From positions 1-64,000 of IMG/VR virus record IMGVR_UViG_3300036846_000743: 64,000 bases of DNA; one strand, written 5' to 3'. The translations under genes were made by a program, and so were the position numbers. The notes under the pieces were generated by a model that saw only the letters and a list, made by a program, of their open reading frames with translations, was not told the DNA's origin and searched no databases. Below are positions 46,328-55,030 of this stretch, one piece after another. Positions within the stretch are counted from its first letter, which is position 1. Every line of letters begins with the position of its first letter.

Positions 46328-46757
46328 CGCGGGTTATTGCTGTCAGTCGTTCGAGCAGCTCGTAGAGATTGTACGCGATGTATTCCGCCACGCAGGATAG
46401 CGCTTTGTCCCGGGAAATATCCTCACCCGTATTCATGTCCACCATGGCTTCGCCGGCCGAACTATGCCAGCCGACATAGCGGCGATCGACCACATGGAAC
46501 GTCATTCCGTGCGTTTCGTCGTCAGCTTCGAGCCAGCCCCAGAGTCGGGCCATGACCATCAACACTGATGGCTGATCGAAGCCGTGGCTCTTGAGAGTGC
46601 CGGCTGCCAGAATGAGAACGCCTTCCGTCGTGGCGATGATCTCGTTCATGGCCGGTACCGGTCGCTTGACAACAAGCTGGAAGAGTGCCTGTAGCTCAGT
46701 CTGGGTGAGTCCGGCCGCTTTGCCGGTACCGATGATTGGTGGCTGCTGTTCCGTCAC
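46197..46757 (-). CDS. Hypothetical protein
   Basis: AGGAGG RBS; 186 aa. Confidence 0.6.
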   Translation of the reverse strand: MTEQQPPIIGTGKAAGLTQTELQALFQLVVKRPVPAMNEIIATTEGVLILAAGTLKSHGFDQPSVLMVMARLWGWLEADDETHGMTFHVVDRRYVGWHSSAGEAMVDMNTGEDISRDKALSCVAEYIAYNLYELLERLTAITRGERVSLWERKDAAAQAPHGETSATSSDLDGSQVFRDNAGDLVP

Positions 46758-47035
46758 ATGCCCTCCTGGAACGTGAAGTCCTGCCGGAAACGAGAACCGT
46801 CGGGCAGGGGCTGCAAGGCCGCAAGCGGAGTGCCATCCGGATCCACCGGATAATGCCCGCTCTGGCTCGAGAAGCCGGGCTTGCTGATGAACTGGCGCGC
46901 CATACTCAGCGCGGTGTTCCTGGCTTCCAGTGAATTCACGTCGAGCGGCGTGGCCCCTTCGACGGTCACAGTGGCCTTCGGCCCGTTGACGCTAACCTTG
47001 CCGCCTTCTGGCTGATCAACGATCGTAACGCCCAT
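46754..47035 (-). CDS. Hypothetical protein
   Basis: AGGGAG RBS; 93 aa. Confidence 0.6.
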   Translation of the reverse strand: MGVTIVDQPEGGKVSVNGPKATVTVEGATPLDVNSLEARNTALSMARQFISKPGFSSQSGHYPVDPDGTPLAALQPLPDGSRFRQDFTFQEGM

Positions 47036-47164
47036 GTTTGTCTCCCTGCTGGGTCCCGAGTCTTCAATCCTGGGCTATCCTACAGGGCGACTGCGTGCTG
47101 ATCAACCACGCGCGGTGACTTGCAATAGTTAAAACGAAAGCCAGAAGACCTAGCCGGCACGAGC

Positions 47165-47242
47165 GGGAAAGGCCCTCAAGGGTACGTCGAGGTGGGTGCT
47201 TGGGAAGCACACCCTTCGATCGTAACCCTTGAGGGATTCCCC
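47165..47242. other. Long imperfect intergenic stem-loop
   Basis: CCCTCAAGGGT...ACCCTTGAGGG outer arms (47173-47235) enclose TCGA/TCGA and GTGCTT/AAGCAC inner stems. Confidence 0.6.
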
Positions 47243-47268
47243 CTGAATTCAACCTCGACGCATCGAGG

Positions 47269-48315
47269 CTATGGTCGCGGATCAAGCTGCGACAGTAGTA
47301 AAGCCAACTCGGGATCATCGTTGACACGAAAACGGTTGGTCAAGAATGCCCCGGGAGCATGGGGCGTTGGAACCGAATGCAATGACTCGGGTTCCTTGGC
47401 GCCCCTGCGGACGGGCTCGCACGTGGTGCCGCAGCCACCGCCGAATGCCGTCCAGTTGCCTAGCTGGGCCTCGGCGAGTGGCATATTCACCCGTTGTTCG
47501 TAGGGGATCTCCAGGTGAATGTCGACGGTGCGATCCGGCCCCTGCTCAGACCACATGTTGAGACCGCTATCGATCTTGGGAAGTCTGAGACGAAGTACGG
47601 TGAGAGCCCTGCTCATTCGCGTGAGGTTCCCGCCGCCAACCCGGTAGACGATCTCGTAGGTCCGGTTGTCACGCCAGTAATTTGGCTCTTCGTTGTCCGC
47701 TTGCAGCTGGGGAACCGGATCGGGTATCCGCGCGACCGGCCTCTCGACTTCCTGAGCTGCCGGTATCGGCGGCTCAAGCGTTTCGAGACTGGGCATGCGG
47801 GTGATCACGTTGGCCACTGCGGGCGGACTGGTTACCGGAGGTGCCTCGCGGCTGACCGTGCTGGTCGCGGGCGGGCTGGCTATCACAGGTGTCTCGCTGC
47901 GGGCTGTGTCGACCGCAGCAGGTGGGCTGGTTGCCGCAGGCGCCACGCTGCCAGCCGGGCTGGCCGCAGCAGGCGCACTGGCGATACTCCTCGGGTACAT
48001 CCAGTTCGTGGCGAGCACCACAACAGCGGCACCTGTCAGGATGCCAACGCCATAGGTCCGCAAGACACTGGCGAATGTCGCCCGACGTGGTGCCGGCTGG
48101 ATCACGATCGCAGGGGCAGGATCCAGGATGACCGGATCCGGAACTCCAACAGCCCTGGTATCTTGACCGGATGCAGCTGGCACGTGCTTCTGAAGTCTGC
48201 GCGGCCTTGCCGGCTGCGCAGCTTGCTGTTCGACTGACGCGGCGATCTCTTCGACCGCCCGTGTGAACGAGTCTGAGTCCGGTCCTCCGACCGGTCCTGT
48301 GTTCGAGGCTTTCAT
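47269..48315 (-). CDS. Membrane-anchored Pro/Ala/Thr-rich protein
   Basis: Single TM (YGVGILTGAAVVVLATNW), long low-complexity linker, C-terminal globular region. Confidence 0.6.
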   Translation of the reverse strand: MKASNTGPVGGPDSDSFTRAVEEIAASVEQQAAQPARPRRLQKHVPAASGQDTRAVGVPDPVILDPAPAIVIQPAPRRATFASVLRTYGVGILTGAAVVVLATNWMYPRSIASAPAAASPAGSVAPAATSPPAAVDTARSETPVIASPPATSTVSREAPPVTSPPAVANVITRMPSLETLEPPIPAAQEVERPVARIPDPVPQLQADNEEPNYWRDNRTYEIVYRVGGGNLTRMSRALTVLRLRLPKIDSGLNMWSEQGPDRTVDIHLEIPYEQRVNMPLAEAQLGNWTAFGGGCGTTCEPVRRGAKEPESLHSVPTPHAPGAFLTNRFRVNDDPELALLLSQLDPRP

Positions 48316-48451
48316 GCTTATCTTTCTGTTGGGGTGGGAGACTTGGGTATTGGCAATCTCGTTGTTGGGGATTGGCTTGGTGGCGAACTCAGCGCCGGGT
48401 ATTTCTGCTAAGCGAGTTCTGCGACGTGGAACTTCCAGTAAACAACCGTAT

Positions 48452-48667
48452 TTACTGGTCAACCTTTTCCAGCAGAACCGCGAGCCAACCAGCGGTGACT
48501 TCAATCGACCTCGAATGGGAGTTAGTAGAATGAGCAACACCAGTGGATCCAACGGATGTCATGGACCTAACGATCCAACCTTGTTTGAGTAACTCGGTGA
48601 GATGTTCCTTAACATCTAGCTCGTTGGGTTTCTGCGTAGTAAGCCCGATCGTGATCAGTTTCTGCAC
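48452..48667 (-). CDS. DUF4177-like small protein
   Basis: LTELLKQGWIV...WLAVLLEK; GGAG RBS. Confidence 0.5.
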   Translation of the reverse strand: MQKLITIGLTTQKPNELDVKEHLTELLKQGWIVRSMTSVGSTGVAHSTNSHSRSIEVTAGWLAVLLEKVDQ

Positions 48668-48763
48668 TTCAACATTTCTCCAATGGCCGAACGATAAAGC
48701 TCACTTGTTCGGCCGGCACAAGTGAGCTGTCTAGGACATAGGGTGAGATATAAGAAAAAGGGT

Positions 48764-48795
48764 AAAGACGGCGGCCGTAGTACGCGGCCGCCGTC
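48764..48795 (-). terminator. Hairpin of the AAAGACGGCG family (copy 1)
   Basis: Minus strand GACGGCGGCCGC-GTACTA-CGGCCGCCGTC-TTT. Confidence 0.6.
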
Positions 48796-48811
48796 GTGCA
48801 AACAAGTTAGA

Positions 48812-49141
48812 TCACTTCTTAACGGGTGGTGCCGGAGCAGTCTTGGTTGTCGCTTCAGCCGGAGCCGGAGTGGCAGCCGGAGCAGCGGGCGGAGCAGGAG
48901 CAGCCGGAGCGGCAGTCAACGCAGGAGCGGCCACCTCGTCCACGATGGCGCGGACGATCACAGGCTTGTCATTGGTCGTGATCCTCACGACCTTCCTGCT
49001 GGTATTGGCCGGCACCTTGACCTCCGTCACTGTCGTATTTGTGCCTTCCGGAAAAAGATCCGGATCTCCGGTGCAGCCAACGGCGCCGAGGGTGGCAAAG
49101 ATCAGGGAAACGCACGCAAACCGACTCATGAACTTACGCAT
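48812..49141 (-). CDS. Putative lipoprotein with an Ala/Pro-rich tail
   Basis: MRKFMSRFACVSLIFATLGAVG-C lipobox; AGGAG RBS. Confidence 0.7.
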   Translation of the reverse strand: MRKFMSRFACVSLIFATLGAVGCTGDPDLFPEGTNTTVTEVKVPANTSRKVVRITTNDKPVIVRAIVDEVAAPALTAAPAAPAPPAAPAATPAPAEATTKTAPAPPVKK

Positions 49142-49257
49142 CGAAACTCCTAACGTAGTTGTGGTGGTGAAGCTGCTAACAAGCAGAAGAACCGAAGTTG
49201 GGGAAGTAGGAACGGCGGCTGCAACATGCAGTCGCCAACACTGAGATACACGACGGG

Positions 49258-49587
49258 TCAGCCTCCGGAGTCCGGCGCTGCTTTGTACGCGAGTGCAACT
49301 ATCACCAGGATGATCAACCAACCGAGCCCGTACAGGGCACCGATGAGGATCAGCCCGGAAACCATCAACAGGATGGTGTTTATCAACTTGCTGCGGAGTA
49401 CCCACCGGACCAGTACCATGACTGTCCTGCGCCAGAGCCATGTGGCGCACAGCCAGCGGAAAAAGATCCAGATACTCGCGATGGACGGTGAGAGGGTTAC
49501 GCTTTTACCCCCGACGACGACCACAGGATTGGCTAGAACAGCTGAGACATGAGCGTTGAAGCTGTTTACCTTCCTGTCTTCTTCCAT
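49258..49587 (-). CDS. Membrane protein
   Basis: Probable start MEEDRK; C-terminal hydrophobic helices. Confidence 0.55.
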   Translation of the reverse strand: MEEDRKVNSFNAHVSAVLANPVVVVGGKSVTLSPSIASIWIFFRWLCATWLWRRTVMVLVRWVLRSKLINTILLMVSGLILIGALYGLGWLIILVIVALAYKAAPDSGG

Positions 49588-49610
49588 GGCTTCTTTCGTA
49601 TCGCTGGAAA

Positions 49611-49644
49611 TGAAAGACGGCGACCACAACGAGCGATCGCCGAC
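49611..49644 (-). terminator. Hairpin of the AAAGACGGCG family (copy 2)
   Basis: TGAAAGACGGCGACCACAACGAGCGATCGCCGAC, near-identical to 50227-50260. Confidence 0.6.
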
Positions 49645-49675
49645 ATGATGGTTAGCTGAAGTCCGCACGGTCGGA

Positions 49676-50194
49676 TCAACTCGACCGTGATACGGTAACT
49701 CCATTGATCGTCGCCTCACTGGCAGTCAGCTTCGTGATCGGCGCATTATCGAACACGGTCACGGAATGGGACTTCCAGCAGACAATTGCCCAGACACGCG
49801 TTACATGGGCTGTCAGCTTACCGTCACGGACGCTCCACACGCCCTTGGCGTTACGCGTCGTGAACGTGCCGTCGCGTTTGAGGTCGACGTCGACCATCTT
49901 CCCGTTGACGCACAAGGCGTAGTGACCGGCGCAGTTTTCACTCGTGACCGGCAGCGGGCTGCTCGGAACAACCGTGACTGACAGCTGGCCGCCCGGAACA
50001 ACTTGCATGTTCGCGGAGGAATACGTGCCGCCGATGCGCACGTTGCCGCCTCCAGACGGGAGAGGCCAAGGTTGTTTGATCTCTCCCCCGGCACCGCTAT
50101 CAATCGTGAATTTGCAGCCTGTGGTGGTAGTGAGACCGGCAATCACGCAAGCCAACAAGACGAAGCGCATGAACCGGCCAGTGATCTTTCTCAT
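49676..50194 (-). CDS. Putative lipoprotein, beta-rich
   Basis: MRKITGRFMRFVLLACVIAGLTTTTG-C lipobox. Confidence 0.7.
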   Translation of the reverse strand: MRKITGRFMRFVLLACVIAGLTTTTGCKFTIDSGAGGEIKQPWPLPSGGGNVRIGGTYSSANMQVVPGGQLSVTVVPSSPLPVTSENCAGHYALCVNGKMVDVDLKRDGTFTTRNAKGVWSVRDGKLTAHVTRVWAIVCWKSHSVTVFDNAPITKLTASEATINGVTVSRSS

Positions 50195-50226
50195 CGAAAC
50201 TTTTTCCTTCTACTACGTGTACGAGC

Positions 50227-50260
50227 TGAAAGACGGCGACCGCAACGAGCGATCACCGTC
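50227..50260 (-). terminator. Hairpin of the AAAGACGGCG family (copy 3)
   Basis: TGAAAGACGGCGACCGCAACGAGCGATCACCGTC. Confidence 0.6.
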
Positions 50261-50275
50261 ACTGGAACTTAGTGA

Positions 50276-51190
50276 TCACCAGCTGCGCAGTCCGGGCATG
50301 GCATAGGTCCAGACCAGCCCGCACATGCAGAAGGTGAGGACGGTCAGCCCGAGCAGCCAGCCGACAGATGCCAGCTGCCGCTTCCATGTGACCGTCCTGA
50401 AGTGGCAGGCATTGGTGATGACGTCCATGATGCTGGCGACCAGCAGGGTGACGACCACCAAGGCGACGGCACACACGACCAGGCTCAAAGCATGGGTATA
50501 TACCCACCAGAAAGCAGCTATGACCGCTCGCCAGTAGAGCATGCCGGCACAAACGACGACGGCAGCCGCCACAAAGGCGGCAGCACCGAGCATGAATTGC
50601 TTAAACCATGAAGGGACCTTGCCCAACCCCAACCATACCTTGAAACCATCGATCTTGGTCCAGAACTTGCCGGCCAAGTTCGGCAGATACAATGGCGGTG
50701 GTGGACCCGGTGGACCCGGTGGAGCCGGTGGAGTCGGTGGAGCCGGTGGGATTGGCGGACCCGGCGACGGACTCGGCGATAGGCCCGGGAAAGCCGCCAC
50801 GGCTGCCGCCATGGCTGCCGCCATAGGATCGACAGCTGGCGGACCCGGAGGGGCTGGAGACGGAGCTGAAGCCGGAGCTGGCGGAGCCGCAGCAGCCGCC
50901 AACGCTAACATAGCCGTCTGGACAATCGCCTTGAGATCGCTGACTTCCTTGGCGAGTGCCTCGATGTCCTCGATCTTGACGGTCCTTTGGTTTGAAGCCG
51001 TCGGCGTTGAGTTCGCTGTCTTAGCTCCTCCTGCCTTCGCCGACGGCTTTGCTCCCGACCCTGCCACAGGTACCTGAACTGGTGCCTGCGCTGGTGCCTG
51101 AGCTGGTATCGGAGCCGGTATTGGAGCAGAATTAGCAGGTTGCCCATTAACGGGCACTGGGGGTGAAGCGGTCTGGGCCGCTGTACTCAT
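50276..51190 (-). CDS. Pro/Ala-rich membrane protein with three C-terminal TM helices
   Basis: Low-complexity Pro tracts, a short coiled coil and a hydrophobic C-terminus; AGGAGG RBS. Confidence 0.7.
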   Translation of the reverse strand: MSTAAQTASPPVPVNGQPANSAPIPAPIPAQAPAQAPVQVPVAGSGAKPSAKAGGAKTANSTPTASNQRTVKIEDIEALAKEVSDLKAIVQTAMLALAAAAAPPAPASAPSPAPPGPPAVDPMAAAMAAAVAAFPGLSPSPSPGPPIPPAPPTPPAPPGPPGPPPPLYLPNLAGKFWTKIDGFKVWLGLGKVPSWFKQFMLGAAAFVAAAVVVCAGMLYWRAVIAAFWWVYTHALSLVVCAVALVVVTLLVASIMDVITNACHFRTVTWKRQLASVGWLLGLTVLTFCMCGLVWTYAMPGLRSW

Positions 51191-51210
51191 GGAAAGAACC
51201 TCCTGATATT

Positions 51211-51240
51211 TGTTGGGGATCTGTTGGGGTTTTGTTGGGG
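51211..51240. repeat. Triple tandem TGTTGGGG (CCCCAACA on minus), period 11
   Basis: TGTTGGGGATC-TGTTGGGGTTT-TGTTGGGG, directly upstream of the RBS of 51190. Confidence 0.8.
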
Positions 51241-51388
51241 ATCAAACAAGGCAATGCACAAGGCCGCCGCCTACTTCAACTCATTCCTCCGCTCCCCCCA
51301 ACAACAAGAGTAGAGAAGGAGGAGCCGGCGGCGGCCCCTGTACGGGGCGTATGTGGGTGGTGATCGGGTTGACTCGAACCGGAGCAGG

Positions 51389-51754
51389 TTACTTCGCTAT
51401 GCCGCCGCCAGGACCTTTCGGTTCCTGCGTATTGACATGAGCGAGCCTGTCCCGCATGTCCTCGAACAGACCTGCGAGCTTATCCACCTGGGAGGTGACA
51501 GCTTCCTTCGAGGTGTGGATGATCTCCGCAGACTTGCGAGCGTCTCCAGCGTTGTCAGCAGCCCGGCTCGCTTCATCCTGGGCTTCCTGAACCAACTTCA
51601 CGATCTTCTCCATGGCCTTCTCGGCCGCATGAGCCTGGCTCTGGGCCGCCCTCGCGGCATCCCAGGCTTCCTGGTTGTAATGCCACTGAACACAGCTGAT
51701 GACCACCATGAGAACGATCATGGCGGCGACGGAATGCTTCTTGACGAAATTCAT
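51389..51754 (-). CDS. Membrane-anchored coiled-coil protein
   Basis: N-terminal TM/signal, then an Ala/Glu-rich helix; AGGAG RBS. Confidence 0.65.
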   Translation of the reverse strand: MNFVKKHSVAAMIVLMVVISCVQWHYNQEAWDAARAAQSQAHAAEKAMEKIVKLVQEAQDEASRAADNAGDARKSAEIIHTSKEAVTSQVDKLAGLFEDMRDRLAHVNTQEPKGPGGGIAK

Positions 51755-51904
51755 CTGCGCATACTCCTAGCTTGGTAGTTGGGGAACGAACACTGACTGG
51801 GGACGTGGACCGACCGAGCGATTGACATTCCCTCCGTCATGCGACGGAAGAAAGGGAACCGGCCGGCCCACGCTTACGGTTGGGGAACTAACAATCGAAC
51901 CTGG

Positions 51905-52207
51905 TCAGGAGCGATACTCTACCAGCCGATGAGCAGGAAGCTGCTCGAGAATATCGGACGGTAGGTATTCGCATTCGGGCAACAGCCCATCCCCGACATC
52001 CGGCGTAGCATCGAGGTCTTGTCCAGTGACCTCGCCGGCACACAGAGAGCAGAGCCACACGGTGAACTCCTCACCCGCGACTACCAGCAACACGACATGA
52101 GTCGCGTCGAGGTCTCCGCACTGCGTACAGGAACAACAGGAACACTCTGGCACACAGTCAACGATCCAGGCGTCGCTGTCGACATCTGGTTGAAGACGTC
52201 CTTTCAT
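51905..52207 (-). CDS. Cys-rich hypothetical protein
   Basis: CSCCSCTQC...CSLC...CEY. Confidence 0.5.
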   Translation of the reverse strand: MKGRLQPDVDSDAWIVDCVPECSCCSCTQCGDLDATHVVLLVVAGEEFTVWLCSLCAGEVTGQDLDATPDVGDGLLPECEYLPSDILEQLPAHRLVEYRS

Positions 52208-52282
52208 TTGCTGGACTCCCTGCTACGATCACCATGCTTCCGGGCACGATGCCAGCGATCCACAACCTATGTAGATCAACGC

Positions 52283-52311
52283 TATATGACAGGAATCTGG
52301 GCGAAATTTAG
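52283..52311 (-). promoter_or_regulatory. Candidate phage promoter CTAAA-N16-GTCATATA
   Basis: Minus strand GCTAAATTTCGCCCAGATTCCTGTCATATA, intergenic, upstream of 52207. Confidence 0.6.
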
Positions 52312-52323
52312 CGCCCAGAAACG

Positions 52324-52367
52324 AAACGGCCCGGCTTGGAGGCAAACCTCCGGGCCGGGCCATTTTC
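52324..52367. terminator. Terminator-like hairpin after the PEP-CTERM gene
   Basis: GGCCCGGC-TTGGAGG-CAAA-CCTCC-G-GGCCGGGCC flanked by A and T runs. Confidence 0.6.
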
Positions 52368-52393
52368 AGCAGGATAACGTGGTAGCGCGTTGC

Positions 52394-53092
52394 TTACGCC
52401 TTGCGGACGGACCTGCGGAAGTACCGTCTGTAGGCGAGCACACCAGTGAGCCCGATGCCCATCAGGGACATCGAGGCAGGCTCAGGCACGGCCTGCTGCG
52501 AGAAACTACCGTTAGCGACGATCGTCGAACCTGGCGTCGCGAACAACCCGGCAAAGCTATTGATCCCCCCACCGAAGGTAGTTCCGGTAAAGGTGAAGTT
52601 GATATCGCCGCCCTTGGCAAACAGCGAGTAGTCAAACCGTGGGTTGTCGTTCTCGATCAGACTGACGATCTTGCCGCTCATATTGAAAAAGTTGGGCAAA
52701 ACGGTCGGGGCAACACCAGTCGTGGCGGTGAACGTCAGCATCGCTTCAGCGCCCGGCACGTCGCCAACGGTCTTGGTATAGGTTGATGGCGACAGCGCCA
52801 ACGAGTAGGTCTCCGAGCCAGTAGGCGTCACCAACAAGGTGATCGGCCCGTTGACCGAGATCGGCTCAGGTGTCAGCAGTGACACGCCGTTGACCGTGTT
52901 CACCTGACTGAACAGATTGGGTATCCGCGCGATCTCGATCGTCGCGGTACCTCCCGAGATCCCCATGTTCGTCAGCTCGACACCGCCGATCGAACCGGAG
53001 TCGCTGAACACCACGGTACCGGCTTGCGCCGATCCCAGGCCGGCGATCGCAGCGACCAAAGCCATGGCAAAACAGAGAGAACGCATCTTCAT
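52394..53092 (-). CDS. PEP-CTERM (exosortase-targeted) cell-surface protein
   Basis: Signal peptide MKMRSLCFAMALVAAIAGLGSAQA; Thr/Ser/Gly-rich body; C-terminal VPEPASMSLMGIGLTGVLAY-RRYFRRSVRKA. Confidence 0.9.
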   Translation of the reverse strand: MKMRSLCFAMALVAAIAGLGSAQAGTVVFSDSGSIGGVELTNMGISGGTATIEIARIPNLFSQVNTVNGVSLLTPEPISVNGPITLLVTPTGSETYSLALSPSTYTKTVGDVPGAEAMLTFTATTGVAPTVLPNFFNMSGKIVSLIENDNPRFDYSLFAKGGDINFTFTGTTFGGGINSFAGLFATPGSTIVANGSFSQQAVPEPASMSLMGIGLTGVLAYRRYFRRSVRKA

Positions 53093-53180
53093 ACTTCCGA
53101 TACTCCATACTAGAGACACGAACAGCGCTGTTCCGTACTCCACGCACGGAACCTGAAGCCCGGGCTATAGGGCTCCATAG

Positions 53181-53209
53181 TATATGACAGGCAGACGGCC
53201 GAAGTTTAG
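53181..53209 (-). promoter_or_regulatory. Candidate phage promoter CTAAA-N16-GTCATATA
   Basis: Minus strand GCTAAACTTCGGCCGTCTGCCTGTCATATA, upstream of the PEP-CTERM gene. Confidence 0.6.
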
Positions 53210-53275
53210 CCCCTTGTCCGCCTATCTGGACGGCCGGCCAGGCTGTTGCTTCTTTCCGACACGTGTGACCGCCGC

Positions 53276-53590
53276 CTAGAAAGTCCGGTCAGTAACTTTG
53301 TTGGCTGCGTTGACGTGCACAACGCGGACCTGCCTGGCCCGCAGGAATTGCTTGAAGCGGATCTTGTCCTGGGGCTGAAGCGCCGCCAGCTCGTTCTTGA
53401 ACGTCCGATATTCGGCCAGAACAGTCCGTTGTTTCTTGGGGCAGCGACCGCAGCCCCGGCCCTGCTTGACCTGAACCAGCCGGGCCAGATGGGGAAACTC
53501 ACTGCGAAAGTCTTCCCGCGCCACCAGCGAGTCGATCAGGCTGTTCTCGATCACGACAACGCCGCGCATGGTCTCTGTACCGGTCGACAT
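53276..53590 (-). CDS. Hypothetical basic protein
   Basis: GGAG RBS before MSTGTE; CGRC motif. Confidence 0.55.
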   Translation of the reverse strand: MSTGTETMRGVVVIENSLIDSLVAREDFRSEFPHLARLVQVKQGRGCGRCPKKQRTVLAEYRTFKNELAALQPQDKIRFKQFLRARQVRVVHVNAANKVTDRTF

Positions 53591-53592
53591 GT

Positions 53593-54081
53593 TCAGCTCT
53601 CCGAGCCAATGGTGATCGGGGGTGCCGTGTTCTGCTGATCCATCACGTTGAGGGTCTCGACCAGCTGATTCACCTCGTACAGGATCGCATTGTACGCATC
53701 GTTGGCGATTGACCGGCTGCGCACGATCAGGTCGACGTAGTCGAGCCGGTACCAGGGCGGGCGCGCGTTCTGGACCGGCCAGTCCTCGGGAAAGTCCTCG
53801 AGATCGGCCGGACTGCAAACACCATCGAACGCCCCCATGTACTCGATGGCTACCGGCGGCTGATCAACGGTACCGGCCTGTACCCTGGTGGGCACAAGCC
53901 GGTAGCGAAAGATCTTGGTCGGCATCTGGACCGCCCCCGTGACGACAAGGGTGAACCGAAAGCCGTCGATCACGTTGGGCACGTACCCTTGCTGGAACGT
54001 GGGAACCAGCGTGATCTGCCGGATCCCGGTGCCGACAATCAGGGTATCCGCGGACTGATCGAGCGACTGCGTGGTGGCCAT
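53593..54081 (-). CDS. Hypothetical protein (possibly virion structural)
   Basis: GGAGG RBS; 162 aa, beta-rich. Confidence 0.65.
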   Translation of the reverse strand: MATTQSLDQSADTLIVGTGIRQITLVPTFQQGYVPNVIDGFRFTLVVTGAVQMPTKIFRYRLVPTRVQAGTVDQPPVAIEYMGAFDGVCSPADLEDFPEDWPVQNARPPWYRLDYVDLIVRSRSIANDAYNAILYEVNQLVETLNVMDQQNTAPPITIGSES

Positions 54082-54126
54082 TTCACATCCTCCCTGCGTG
54101 ACACGTCGGCTGTCAGTCCGGCGAAC

Positions 54127-54582
54127 CTATCTCGGGGTGCGGTTGAAGTCCATGCTATCCGTTGCCCCGCACTCAGGACAGGTATTGTCCGGAAAGCCAA
54201 CCCTGGCCCTGTACGAGCAGTTGCGGCAGCGGATACGAAATTCCCGCGCGTCACCCTCCTCCTTCTGAAACGGCTCGATGTAAGTGACGCCCTGGCGGAC
54301 GAGCTTGTTCAGATAAACCAGCTCATCCAGGCAAACCTCGATGCGATCCATGAGGTCAGGCCCCGCGTGCTTAGGATCGTCCTTGAGCACAGCGTGGATG
54401 TCAACGGCAGACGCCGCGTACAGCTTGTGTACCTGGCGGCGCACGGCAGAACGAAAACTTATATACTCCTGTGTATGCTTTGCATTCTGGGTTGGCATCT
54501 GTACGGCCCTCGTAGTATGGCGATGCCGGGCGCAAAGAGAACGTATGTACTCCTGCATGCCCTCTGTGATCTTCTTTGGCAT
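54127..54582 (-). CDS. Hypothetical protein with a C-terminal zinc ribbon
   Basis: CRNC...CPECG. Confidence 0.55.
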   Translation of the reverse strand: MPKKITEGMQEYIRSLCARHRHTTRAVQMPTQNAKHTQEYISFRSAVRRQVHKLYAASAVDIHAVLKDDPKHAGPDLMDRIEVCLDELVYLNKLVRQGVTYIEPFQKEEGDAREFRIRCRNCSYRARVGFPDNTCPECGATDSMDFNRTPR

Positions 54583-54616
54583 TCGTACCCCCTTCGTAGA
54601 AACGAACGAGCCTGGT

Positions 54617-55030
54617 TCAGTGTTTCAGCTCGAAAGACTCTTCTTCCTCGACGGTCACCGCACGCTTGGTGATCACCTCGTCGTTGCGAATGATGTAGAT
54701 GACAAACTCGTCGCCCTTCTTGCCGGCGATAAAAGCGTCGGGCACCAGGAAGCCCTTCGCCCAGACCAACTTCTTGGTGGCGGATTCCGTCGGAATGTCT
54801 GTGAGCGGTCGGAACGCACCCATCGCGAAGTCAAAGAACATGACGGGCCTGCATCCCTCGTCGGCATCATCCGCCTGGTCGTTCCTCTTTTTCTTCTTCT
54901 TGGGTTTCAGTTCGACTGCGTAAGCATAGATAGCTTTCCTGTCGCTCTTCGGCGCCAGGTAGCTGATCGTGAGCGGTTTGATCACAGCACTCTTCACCCA
55001 TCGCATGCCGACTGCCTCCCGGCTGACCAC
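54617..55030 (-). CDS. Hypothetical protein
   Basis: 137 aa basic ORF. Confidence 0.5.
   Translation of the reverse strand: MVSREAVGMRWVKSAVIKPLTISYLAPKSDRKAIYAYAVELKPKKKKKRNDQADDADEGCRPVMFFDFAMGAFRPLTDIPTESATKKLVWAKGFLVPDAFIAGKKGDEFVIYIIRNDEVITKRAVTVEEEESFELKH

Noticed and set aside
47139-47155. AGCCAGAAGACCTAGCC resembling the 3' end of a cobalamin riboswitch
   Set aside because: It lies on the strand opposite to the flanking genes, and the upstream conserved riboswitch core is not evident.
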